Positions 13,278 to 24,202 are shown, counted from the first letter of the stretch. The stretch is 64,000 bases of DNA from Penicillus capitatus (GCA_965649825.1 OZ287712.1:248001-312000); one strand, 5' to 3'. Notes: generated by a model not told the origin, from the letters alone. Numbers and translations are program-made.

Positions 13278-16200
13278 ATGGCATCTCGTGGATGTCATTG
13301 AGTTTTCTAAACCCGATTCTGATCACCTGAAGAATTGTGTAAAGCACACGTGGAATCCCTGTAGCTGTGGCGGAAAGGTATATAACTGACAGAATCTACT
13401 CTTGCTTCTTGCGAGACGCGCACGTATTACCCTCTATTTGTTCTTGCAAGATTTCTTTTGTCACCAGATCGTGGGGATGAATGACGACGATTGTCCACCC
13501 ACCCATCTGAAAACAACGAACGAGCAAGTTGTATGTACAGGAGGACGAGTCCACCGTCTTCCGACATGCGATTCGAATCGGTGTGCCTGTCCGAGCCTGT
13601 TCAGAATGTCCAGAAATCTGTCACATCAAGCAGATCATTGGCGACCAGAATCGCATGTCCCGTTTTTTTATGTTTTTTGTAACCATATCTCTGCGTCCAT
13701 TCTCTCACTGTTAATCAAAAGAGCTTGAAGTTGTATCAAGGTTCTTAGCCATAGACACAGAATTCTCTACGAATCGCTCAAATCCGAGACGTTTGCCAGT
13801 CTAATGTCATCATCCAGACACGCCACTCGCAGAGAATTATACCTTTCGCAACTGGTCGCCAGGAAGGTCGACTGCAAAATGGCATCAGATGCGAATTCAC
13901 AGAGCTTCTCTTTCAGCCCGCTTTTTTGATCTCCAAGAGCACACGAGGATTGCCACACGCTAGATATTCAACCGTTCTCGCGTACGAAACACCTACCCTT
14001 CGCTCTTGCGCCAGGCGTTCGAAAGCCGTTTAGACAATACAGACGACACGATCATCAATGTCCCGCCCATCGTCACGTTCAAAGCCAAGATACCGCAGAA
14101 CAATCTCATACAGCCAACTACGGTGTTTTCCCACTTATTCGCAGCTCAGGCCTCCGCGCCTGTAGCGCCTTGGCTCATCCTTCTCAGCGAGCCGCGCGTG
14201 TCTTTCTTCTGCGGGTCGGCGTAACGAGTTCGGACTCCCCGCATCTGCCGCGGTATCGCAAAGCACGCTGAGCATGAGGTGAGGAGCGAACGACAAGAAC
14301 GATGGTCCTGTTCGTCTCGCCAAAGAGAATTTGCGCATGCCGTTCTGCCGGGAGCAATTGGCGGTCCTGATGAGAAGGAGCACGAACGCAGCGTTTTTCG
14401 GGTGCGACAGGGAGCAAGCAGACCGCCTGGCGATCGTGGCCATGAAGACGCCGTCGGCCGTTTCTCGTGATCGTCGCGGGGGACGCGCGTCGTGCAAGCG
14501 AGTTCAAAAAACGGCTGCGATGCTTAAAGATCGAACATTAACAGGTAACCGGATTGTTCCAGAGGGTCATGCAAAATCTCCAGAACTCATGCCCGGAAAG
14601 AATGCGATCGGCTTCTCATCCGTCAGGCGACGCGTTCTGGGCAGTAGCCTCTCACCCAGCCTGGTGCGAGGACTATGTCGCGTGGATGGTCGTAAAATCC
14701 CCTGCATGTTCCAGGGGGTACAGTGAGGAAGAAGTCCCACACATTAAGCCCTAAATACAGCCAGTCGGTTTCGATTCTTGACTGAATAGATCCGGTAACT
14801 AACCTTGCTCAACACATACGGTTGCGGTGCAGTTTTCCAAATCAACCGCAGAGGTCTCGAATTCAGGGGGGACATCGTATCTCTGATCATCGACTTCACA
14901 TACGACAAAACCGCAGTGAACATGAGGTTTTGTCGCAAAGCTATTCATCCATACAAGGGAGGTCCTGGTTGACGTGTTCTTCTTTCAGGAAGAGTATGCC
15001 GACGACGTGGCCACTCTCGTCGACGACCGACTCCGTGGTGGGGCGGTAAGCAGTCGCCTGCCAGAACACCAGACAGTCACCATTAGGTTGCTGTAGTGGA
15101 CGGGAATCTTGCTGCGCGGAGGCAGAGAAGGGCAACAAAGAAGAATAGAGCTGCGTTGGCAGACATGGTGTTCAAGACAGAGTCCGAAGAACCTGAGAGA
15201 GACAGATGCACAAACGCGCAAAAGGAAAAAGGCGATGGTCGAGAACTCTGCTGGAATTTATACCATGAAGCTACAGTCAGCGGCCTGAATCCAAACAGCA
15301 TGCCAGAAGCGACGTGTCCGAATTCGGCAGTGCCTCGTTGGCCGACGAACGCATTTGCCAATTCGGTCGTATTCGTCGACCGCGACCCAGCAGCTGCTGT
15401 CGCATGGAGAGCTTTCTCAGGATGCATTCGGCAACAGCCACGATGTGACTTGCTCTGGCGCGCATGTGCCGAACGGTTAGCCTCCATTTCTCTCCCAGCG
15501 CGAACCGAGGCAGTGTGTCTGCGAAGGCGAAACGCGGACGACCGCCTTCCACGATCGCTGCGAGACAGAGAGGGGCTAATAGCTTCCTCAACGGGGACTT
15601 GGCCGACCGCCCGGACGCAAGGACGCTGTGTCCTGCTGCCATTTCTCGCCGATGCCACAGCTACCAAAAATGGCTTAGGCGCCGCGGACGAATGACTGCT
15701 CTCTCGCTGTCCGCGGTGGCAAAAAAGAGGTGCATGCGAGAAACACACCCTAGATAAAAAGATGATCTACGCCGCCGATGACGGACGTGTCACCTGCGCG
15801 TTCGTTCGACACGGCGCGTAGGAAACGGACACTTCACAGCTTGTCCTTTCCGTCTGCTGCACTGCGACAGGCGCATCTTCGACGTGGTAATCGGCGTCGG
15901 CGAAAACTCGTCCGTCCAGAAGGATGGACGGGACTCAGAAATTCTGCCGCGATCCCTCGTTCACCGGCGCCGGTTTACAGGCGAATAACTGGCCGTCTGC
16001 TCAGGCCGAGTCCGGACGCCGCGTCTGCGAAGCGCCTTTTGGCAGCCGGCGCGGTCACCAGTCACCCCGGGCGATGATGCTGCCGTCCGAAGCAACGGAC
16101 TCCGAGCAGCGCGACAGCGCGTTCTCGCGTTTTCGGCGGACGAGAACGAACGTCTTGCCGCGCCGATCCTTCTCCCGCTCCACACGCGCATTTCCCATGC

Positions 16201-19200
16201 GAATGACGCGAGAAAGATGGCGAATGAAGGCGTGGCACGTACGTAGGAGATCGTGGACCAAGGTCATCCGATGACCGAAGGTGCGGTGCACAGAGCACAA
16301 CGACTCTTTCTCAGACCACGTCGCAGCTATTTGGAGGCAGGGGACGGAGAATCCTCGGTTCTGCCGGAAACGGATAGCTGCTGTCTTGCGACGCGCATGG
16401 ACGGCGACGCTGTCTTGCGACGCGCATGGACGGCGACGCTGTCTTGCGATCTTTTCAGACGAGCGAAGGTCATCTCACCGTAACCCGAACCAGACGCGTT
16501 CCGGTCCAGACGGCACATGTCGGCAGAGCGGCGTCGGAGTCGCGGCGCCGAAAGAGATTCCGCAGTGAACGCCGACTCCTCGAGAATCCCGCTCTGACGA
16601 CGGCGCGCCACCTGCCACGGGACTGCCGATTCCCACATGTCGAGGCGGTGGTGGATGGGAGTCGTTCAGCTGCAGCATCACTCGACATGTGATGGCTGCT
16701 GACGTGTTCTTTCATCCTGCTCGGCGACATCAGCGTCGACGCACCTTGTCAGGTATGTAAATCCAAAGTCTCTGCATTACATGTGTTCTTTGTACAGGTA
16801 GGTCTTGTCTCTTGACAGTCCATTTGACTGTCGTACTTCGGTTGGGATCTGCCAGGAAGCTAGCCGATTCGCCAAACAGGCGCATGATGGATCATGCAAT
16901 CTCGTTCCCTGCACTGGACCTAGAATCATCACTCTTCGTGCTCATACCTCGGTCGCGGTGTCACACATCCGTGTGACTCTGATAAGAACATGTATCCACT
17001 CACACATGGCTGGCAACGTCCCTCATCTGGGTAGTCTCTTGTGACAGGCACCGCAGCCGGAGAGGGAGGTCGAAGAAGTCGCTAAGGATAGATCGAAGCA
17101 GATCGCATCATGTGCGGTCGCCAAATACCGCATCTGACAGATGCATGGCCTCCTGACGAGCAGCGAAAGCCAAGGCCTTCTCTCACTGACCGAGGTCGCC
17201 GGACTCGACTCGCCTGTTCTTCACTGACAGTCGAGATTCGCACTGTCCTGTCGAGGGCAGAAATCTGTCGCCGATCCCAAAACTTCTTTCTCTCTCTGGA
17301 GCAGTTGGGGATGGGATCTTCCTGGCTGAACTGTCTGTGTGGCCATCTCACAGATCCCTGACGATCGGAGAGAGGACTTCTGTAGCCTTGGAGAGCCAAC
17401 GAGTCAGATGATGCTGTGCTGAGTCACTATGGTTCAGCGATGTGACAGGACCAGAGCTGTGTTAGAGTTCATGTTTCAAGGGAGAGATCGCGGCATCGCA
17501 GTCCGAGCGATCAGGAAATGCGCATCCCGTGTGTGACTTTGACGACCTCTAGTTGGCAGAGTCTCCGAATCCAGCAGATGATGTGACAACAGCGGCCGGA
17601 TCGGACCCTCAAGACTTCAGATGCAGAGAATCCCAGCTGGTTGCCGGAGTCTGTAAGAATCCGTGTCCGCTTGCAGTTGTAGAGAAGTCGAGCAGCCTCG
17701 ATCAGACGCCATCAGTGACCTCTGTCAGCGCCGGACGTGCTACCGGTCCTACCAGATAGAAGATGCGTGGAGGATCGACCTCAGAGTTCGATCTCATCGG
17801 CTCAGTTGCGCAGCTCTCCTGCTCAAAGCGAAGACGCCTGTCGACAGCATGCCTGCACGCCGCGATGAGATTTCACCTGGGCTCTTTTCCCGGCCGAGGC
17901 AGTCAGTCGTTCCGGCACCAGTTTCTACCCTGATCTATTCTGGTCTGCTTGTCATGGATGCGGTGCTGCCACCCGTATCATGACAGCAAACGCGTGCTGA
18001 CACGTTTTCTGGCCTCACCTTCGTGGATATCTCATTTATCTGGAGTCTGGTGCTTTCCTCCGACTTTCTTTCCTTTAACCTAACTGGCCCAAAAAAGCCT
18101 CCAGCTCCCAAAATTCTCGCGTCCAATTTCGGAAATAGACAACGATGTGACTGGATCCGGTGCGCGCGGCACCCACTCTACGGTTGGCGACCATTCGCCT
18201 CCCACCGCCTGCGGAGGCGGTCGCTCCACGAAGCGGGAGCGTTACCCATTCCTCGCATGGCCACGACGGAAAGGGAAGAGAGCTGCGCCCACGCCTCTCG
18301 TGAAGCGCGCCGAGCGCTCGGACGCGACGACGGAGTCTCTTGCGCCATCCTTCGCCGGTAGACGGCGCGAGAGGATGCGTCGCATGCCACGGCGGCACAG
18401 ACTGCGTTCGCGCTCCTTGGCGGGCAGCAAGAGATCGTTTCGACGAAAGGCCAACGCCTCGAGGGAGATCCATTTCGTCGGTCGGCCAGCGCGCCGCCCT
18501 TCTTGGACATTTAAGATCGGACCGAGAGACCAAGACACGCGCGACAGACCGCCGATTCCCGCGCCGGTTGCGGAAGGAGGTCGGAAAGCACCTTCCTATC
18601 TGCTCGCACACGCGATGCGCTGCTGAGGCTGGAAGTGTTGACAATGTTACACGAGACCACCAGAGAACAACATTGTCTGGGTCTACAGGGGCTCAGTTGC
18701 CGGTCATCGGAAGAGCACAGGCGTGACTGGGTCCATCGACGACTGTTCGCAAGGCGAGGTGTCTTCCATCTCTCTATGAGTATTCTCTGCGACGTGTACC
18801 TGGGCCGATTCTGCTCTGGTTGTTGGGGCTGATCTAGAAGAACAGAGTTTCGAGTGCTTTGTCACTTACCTGCTCCGTGTGACAGTGTCGTTTCGATGGA
18901 TGCATCTGGGCCATTCAAATCATCCAGAAGAAGTCCTGTTCGTAACCTCCGTTCCATAGCGGACAGGGTTTCTCGTTTGAAAGTGTGACCGTCTGTGCAT
19001 GTATCGTAGACAGTTTATAGACACTCTAGTGTGGAGGATGTGTGCTGAGCATCGGAGAATCGTGATTCCGGCGTCCAGATGCCTCTTGTTCTGGTAAAAT
19101 GCTATGTACCGACGTCTATAGCGACCAAGAACACAAACAGGTTCGTGCCTTTCTCGAGCTTAGCAGAGATCTGCATCTTACGACGTCGAGTGGATCACAT

Positions 19201-19480
19201 CTTGTGCGTGTCATCGTTTGAAGGACAAGGAGACCTTTGGTGCTTCTGGAGAGCGTCGAAGGAGCACGGCTGCACATCAGACGATACTCATAACTTGTGA
19301 TGTGCATCCCCGCAGGTGTGCACAAGAACGTCCACACTATATGGATAATGAACTCTTCAATGACGCTGGCTTTCTCGTCTTCGAGCTTAAAACCGTCATG
19401 CTTATCATTGCCGACAGGGCAGCAAAGCAGGATCGTCTCTTGCATGATGAAATCGGATGTCGGTCACGCGATGAAGAAAT
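13278..19480. repeat. Repeat R, copy 2 (decayed gene remnants)
   Basis: 13278-14140 aligns to 44864-46375; 14140-18320 aligns to 48322-52430; 16692-19480 aligns to 1-2790. Confidence 0.9.
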
Positions 19481-19585
19481 ACGGATATCGCCCCCCGTCG
19501 GCCAGTCTGCCCAATGCCCCACTGTCACGTACAGCAAGCCCGCAGCCTATTTTGGCAGTAGTGATGCTGGAGACTATACTATCAA

Positions 19586-20086
19586 GTGCATGCCATAGGC
19601 CCTCGCAGCGAAACAGGGCCAGCCGATGCGGGCAGCGGGCCATTGACTATCGCAGCCGGACAGGGACTCTCAATTTTCATCGCGCAGCCCAGCGGCAGCG
19701 ATCCCAAAGTATCGGGCTATGTCAATGCCTCCACGGAGAAAGACTCTCAGACCACCTACTGGATGGAGATGATGAGGAAGGCCAACAATGGCCTCAGCAG
19801 TTTTGTCGACCTCAATCATGTGCGCCCCAATACTGCCGACCTGCTCCTGCTGAGCACCAGGCCCATACCCTAAGACCCTGGCGGTTTCGTTCGTCAGCTG
19901 TTTTTCAACATGGGGAGTGGTCGAATGGGCGATGCCCAGAACCAGCAGAGCACGGGGATGAGACTGATCAACCTGCCGCTTTCGCGAACGCTGGCCGCTG
20001 AGCAGCACCTGATCTGCGGATTCCACACGGCAGACGTGTATGTGCCCTACCACCATGAACTGATTCGCAACGTTAAAGCTGCGTAA
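19586..20086 (+). pseudogene. 3' part of a prokaryotic/phage-like gene of unknown function (in-frame TAA at 19871)
   Basis: One frame continues through the stop: ...TTYWMEMMRKANNGLSSFVDLN...*DPGGFVRQLFFNMG...YVPYHHELIRNVKAA*. No introns; begins near the end of host homology. Confidence 0.35.
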
Positions 20087-20098
20087 AAGAGTTTCTCG

Positions 20099-20527
20099 AT
20101 GGGGCACAAGGAAACGGAGAAATTGATAGCCAAGGCTATCGCCACGGCGCAAGCCCCTCTAATTGAGAAGATTCAGGCCCTTGAGCCCAAGCAGGCGGAG
20201 TTCGAGGAAAATCTGCGCAAGACTGGCCGGCGAGACCTCTCGGAAGCGATTACAAAATTGGAGTGCGACTTAAAGACAATCAGAGAGCGAGAACATGGTC
20301 AGGCGCCTGTAGAACAGCAGGCAGTGGAGTCCCCGTGCCCCGCTTTCCCGGATAAAGACCAGGTTGGCGAAAAGGTGGAGCTGTATTGCCAGAAGTATGC
20401 GGATAAGGGCGATTACGCGACTACTACGAATAAAGGCAAAATCAATTGGCAATCGGGCATTGCCGAATTGCCCTACAAGTGGGCCCGCGAGCACTGCGAG
20501 GGACAGCCTTCCGTGCGCCTGGCGTAA
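20099..20527 (+). CDS. Phage-like hypothetical protein (N-terminal coiled coil)
   Basis: Intact 142-aa ORF (LIAKAIATAQAPLIEKIQALE...GKINWQSGIAELPYKW), tightly packed with its neighbours in operon fashion. Confidence 0.55.
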   Translation: MGHKETEKLIAKAIATAQAPLIEKIQALEPKQAEFEENLRKTGRRDLSEAITKLECDLKTIREREHGQAPVEQQAVESPCPAFPDKDQVGEKVELYCQKYADKGDYATTTNKGKINWQSGIAELPYKWAREHCEGQPSVRLA

Positions 20528-20552
20528 TCCATTGTAAAAAAGGAGCATGAAT

Positions 20553-21004
20553 ATGAAACGAAAAGAGATCATTTACATCGACGATTTTGGTCGCTGCGGT
20601 TGTTATGTGTGGCCTTCCTGGCGATCCTGGCCGAAAGGCATCTGGAGCGGTCCCTGGAGCGCGAGGAATTCGCGCTTATCTATCACGAGGCTTTGCAGAA
20701 AGGCCACGTCTGGCACAACGGCCATCCCACGGACGGCAGCCGGGGGGACTGGTGCCGGTGCTATGTGGCCCACCCAGTGGTCCTGGGCAATCTTATCCCG
20801 GAGCGTGTGGGATTGTGTCTGCGTCTCAAAGTGGTAGAGCGTCGCCTCATGCCGAGGCGGGACTTTACGCTGATCTGCTACAACACGAAGTGGGGCCAAC
20901 ACTTCGCCCTGGGTAACTCGGAGGGCAGCGAAGTCGTCAATCCCGATCCGGAGTTGCCGCTTCCGCGTGTGGACAGCTACCGGGTTTTTAAACTGGCGAC
21001 ATAA
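20553..21004 (+). pseudogene. DUF261-like papain/C39-fold peptidase (putative endolysin), one frameshift near 20600
   Basis: SD AAGGAG 20540-20545, ATG 20553. Reconstructed MKRKEIIYIDDFGRCGC/LCVAFLAIL...IYHEALQKG...CYVAHP...GQHFALGNSEGSEVVNPDP...DSYRVFK. This matches my recollection of the spirochaete DUF261 pattern (GC..L, CY..P, HF, SxRVF). Confidence 0.6.
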
Positions 21005-21054
21005 ACAACAAAAAGACCGGGGTGAACAATGAACTTCTCAAGGAGGGGATTTTT

Positions 21055-21284
21055 ATGAAGAGCGGACGCAAATATAGCGTGATCGTGATGGTGAGCGTGC
21101 TCATCAGTCTGGGCATGGTGGCCGGCGTGATTGCCGCAATCAACGAGGCGAACTTGCCCTGGCTGGCCACTACTCTGCCCATCCTAACCAGCGTGTATCC
21201 CCCTACATGGAAGCCAATGCGGTGCAAAAGAATACGCAAGCCAAGGTTGCAAAACCCAAGGCCAAAGAGCCAGAGAGAGGTTGA
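21055..21284 (+). pseudogene. Holin-like two-TM protein, one frameshift near 21195
   Basis: SD AAGGAGG 21040-21046, ATG 21055. MKSGRKYSVIVMVSVLISLGMVAGVIAAINEANLPWLATTLPILTSV/(V)SPYMEANAVQKNTQAKVAKPKAKEPERG*: two hydrophobic helices and a basic tail. Confidence 0.55.
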
Positions 21285-21286
21285 GA

Positions 21287-21466
21287 ATGAAAAAGTTTGT
21301 TTTACTACTGGGGGCACTATTAATCCTGTATTCAGGGCGGGTTCTACTACTCACACTTAAATTTGTGGGAGTTCTTTCCTGAAGTTGGGGCTTTGTTCTA
21401 CTTCCTTCTGAGCTTGTGGGCACCATAGTAGCGATTGCTTTAATCTTTTGGGGTCTCTTAGGTTGA
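21287..21466 (+). pseudogene. Small hydrophobic membrane protein, frameshifted
   Basis: ATG 2 nt after the upstream stop. Fragments MKKFVLLLGALLILYSG / NLWEFFPEVGALFYFLL / LVGTIVAIALIFWGLLG* lie in shifting frames. Confidence 0.35.
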
Positions 21467-21486
21467 GCCGGGAAGGATTGGCGCTG

Positions 21487-21753
21487 ATGGTCTGGGTGAT
21501 TTTGAGCGCCGCCCTGGGAATAGCCGTGGGCGGTATCTGGCTAGGGCGCAAGTGGGGCTTGCAAACAGGACGGAAAAGGACAGAGCAAACCCTGTCTGAA
21601 CAACGGTCAAAATATAACAAAGTCCTGTTTGAAAATGAAATGATCAACGCAAGCAAAGATCGCGCGTTAAGGGAGATAGGCGATGCGGATACGGAGGAAG
21701 AAGCCGTGGTTGTTGTCTCCGGCGTTACTGACGACTGGAATTCTGGTCGCTAA
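21487..21753 (+). CDS. Inner-membrane-anchored coiled-coil protein (i-spanin-like)
   Basis: SD GAAGGA 21472-21477, ATG 21487. N-terminal TM (MVWVILSAALGIAVGGIWLG) followed by a helical segment. Confidence 0.5.
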   Translation: MVWVILSAALGIAVGGIWLGRKWGLQTGRKRTEQTLSEQRSKYNKVLFENEMINASKDRALREIGDADTEEEAVVVVSGVTDDWNSGR

Positions 21754-21845
21754 TTGACGGGGATACGCCAAACACTGGCGCGCCGCGTGCGCGCGAACGC
21801 GTATGCGAAGGCGGAGGAACTGTAAACAGCCAAAGCTAAGACTGA

Positions 21846-22178
21846 TTACATGGTGAGTCCAGTCACTTAAGTACCCTCGGCGCCTGCGGACCGCTGTCAT
21901 ATCAGGAAGCGGACAGCCTGTCCGGTCCGCGGGGCCGCAACCGTTGTCCTCTACCCGTCACTAATTGCGCTACGGGAATCCAGCAAGAAGCGTCTCTGCC
22001 GAGACCCCAGAGACTGCAAATTGCAAGCGTCGACGAGCTGAGAGAGGCGACCTTAAACAATGACATCACAGATCTTGTCAAGATTTATGTGCGTGATATA
22101 GCTGAGCTTACGGCTTACGCAAGGAAACTGGAGGCCTTGCTTAACGCGGCAGAAGGGCAACGGGAAAGGGAAAGATGA
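21846..22178 (+). pseudogene. o-spanin/lipoprotein-like ORF with damaged 5' end (not in ORF track)
   Basis: Open frame ...LPVTNCATGIQQEASLPRPQRLQIASVDEL...RDIAELTAYARKLEALLNAAEGQRERER*. Its TGA overlaps the next ATG (ATGA, 22175-22178). Confidence 0.4.
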
Positions 22179-22426
22179 CAGATAATCAGGAAATCATTAC
22201 GGAGCTGCGCGAAATATGCTTTGAGCTTAAGCACCTATCAGGACAGTGGGACAAGACTTTTGCGCACCTTGAGGAAGTTATTGGGCTGTGTCTCACCAAA
22301 CACGAAAAGCGCCCGGGGTCCCTGGAGAGCTTGACGAGATCAAACGAGCGCAAGCTGGTCTCGTTGGTCATGGCGATTGCCAATGCCGCAATGGTGGCGG
22401 CGGGCCTGCTGGTGAGGCTGCTCTAG
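22175..22426 (+). CDS. Coiled-coil plus C-terminal TM protein (XhlA/holin-like)
   Basis: 83 aa, with HEKRPGSLE then the TM segment LVSLVMAIANAAMVAAGLLVRLL; translationally coupled start. Confidence 0.5.
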   Translation: MTDNQEIITELREICFELKHLSGQWDKTFAHLEEVIGLCLTKHEKRPGSLESLTRSNERKLVSLVMAIANAAMVAAGLLVRLL

Positions 22427-22524
22427 TATGCTGTTAGTTACGGGAGAATATAAGATGATGATCAAGGTTTTTGAGTTTGGCAAGTAATGGCAACGATCAG
22501 AGCCGAAGCATTCCGCCAATTGTA

Positions 22525-22760
22525 CTGCGCTATCGTGTCTCTATCAGTACCGAGTCCTGCGCTATCGTGTCTACAATCAGTACCGAGTCCTGCGCTATCG
22601 TGTCTACAATCAGTACCGAGTCCTGCGCTATCGTGTCTACAATCAGTACCGAGTCCTGCGCTATCGTGTCTACAATCAGTACCGAGTCCTGCGCTATCGT
22701 GTCTACAATCAGTACCGAGTCCTGCGCTATCGTGTCTACAATCAGTACCGAGTCCTGCGC
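22525..22760. repeat. 33-bp tandem array, ~7 copies
   Basis: Unit ctgcgctatcgtgtctacaatcagtaccgagtc: six identical copies, one 32-bp variant and a 6-bp tail; no spacers. Confidence 0.95.
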
Positions 22761-22859
22761 GAACAGCCCAGTAGCCACAGTCAGGAAAACCAGGCTCACC
22801 CAAGACAGGTAGCCTTGCAATTGGTAACGCACGATCAGGTTTAACATCTTTTGGGTCAT
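22530..22859 (-). pseudogene. Bacterial-type secreted protein fragment with expanded (AQDSVLIVDTI)n repeat
   Basis: MTQKMLNL...YLSWVSLVFLTVATGLFA-QDS resembles a signal peptide with a cleavage site. The coding strand of the array is ambiguous. Confidence 0.3.
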
Positions 22860-23318
22860 GATAATCTCAATGCGCCGACCAACATTCCTCTCGATGCCTC
22901 TTCTCGAAATCACCTTATTACATTCTACGGCCGCATCATTCTGAAACAGTGTATTTCCTCATTCAGCACCTCAATGTGCCGCCTATTTTCCCCTAGGAGA
23001 AAAACGCCAGCTTCCCGTGTGGGCCTTCAGCTATGTTCAGTTATTCGTTTTGTTTTTCCATCTGAGACGGAGCCAGCTGCTCATCGGTCTTCGCTTGCGA
23101 TGGGCAGTAAGTCCTGTCGCGAAGTACGACAACTGCTGACGCGATTCTTTCCGACTCTGTTTTCCATGGCGTTGTCTCGCTACTCCGTTCAAACGAATAG
23201 TGCCGAGTCAGAAAGGTCTTTGCTGGAATGAGACCATGATTACCAAATAAACGAACACAGCTTGCCTTAGGTCTAGCTGTTTATTTTTGATTCCATTTGA
23301 CTTGCGTCTCTACTCAGG

Positions 23319-23567
23319 CTAGAGATAGGGAGTCAGATGGAAATTTTCTTTAACACTTATATCTTTTTCTATGCTGTTTTCGTGGTTTCTTTTTTCGAGC
23401 TTCCACCCTGGCCGGGGAAGCTTAAAATTAGAGGGGTTTTTCAGACCAATCACTGTCATAAGGATTGAAATTTCATTGCCTTCAACTCTGACGGAGTCAC
23501 GATTTGCACCAATATTCGCAACCACACTCCCCGTCTCTATCCGCGTCATCGCATCTCGTCCATCCAC
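23319..23567 (-). pseudogene. FkbM-family methyltransferase-like fragment (internally deleted)
   Basis: VVANIGAN resembles the D(I/V)GAN SAM-binding motif; VEGNEISIL and RPGWKLE resemble the DVEGxE and RP..LE motifs. Spacing between them is much shorter than in intact proteins. Confidence 0.35.
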
Positions 23568-23871
23568 AAAAAAACCAAACTTTAATATGAACCATATTTT
23601 GGGCTACATGCGATTAGGCTCAGTACTCATATCCAGAACAAGACGATTGTCGCGATCTAAATTGCCGATTTAAAAGTGTGCGCGTAACGATCACATCGCA
23701 TCGCAATACGCCGCCAGTCTTTCAATTTAGCAAAAATATCCTCAACTTTATGGTGCTTTTTATAACTCGTTTTACAATATCCTATTGGCTCCTTACGATT
23801 CCTGCGACAGGGAATACAACTCCCAATATTCTTATCTACAAGCATTTTTCTTACTCTTGAGCTATCGTAGC

Positions 23872-24119
23872 TGTCGCCTGGCGATGGGACTACTGCCTTG
23901 TTGTTGAGGGGTTCATGTGTTTAGGGGGCGTCTGCTGTCTAGTCATAAGGGCCAAGGGACCATTTCTTGTGGCTCTGACGGCTCACTAAGTCACCTGCCT
24001 AGGAAAGTCACGTCACCACGTGGGTACTTAATTAGGAAATCGGACCCTTCCAGACCTGCTCTGTAAAATAACGAAGTCTTCCGCTGTTAACTCGTTTGAG
24101 CGCGGCGCCTCCGCTGACA
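23872..24119. mobile_element. Solo-LTR-like insert A (248 bp)
   Basis: Starts TGTC, ends GACA; flanked by direct repeat GTAGC (23867-23871, 24120-24124). Excision restores ADRGY-DSSRVRKML in frame. Confidence 0.8.
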
Positions 24120-24202
24120 GTAGCCTCGATCCGCAATCAGTACTTGCGCCGCCGGCAACTTAGAAAGCAAAACGTTTGCACCTTTGAAATCGCTTCTCTG
24201 AC

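Noticed and set aside
16381-16449. 29-bp tandem duplication
   Set aside because: Local slippage in one repeat copy with no evident function.
19297-20001. 234-aa ORF as a real host-foreign fusion gene
   Set aside because: It crosses the junction in a frame that is not the protein-like one, and has no motifs.
22525-22760. CRISPR array
   Set aside because: Head-to-tail identical units with no spacers, and no cas genes.
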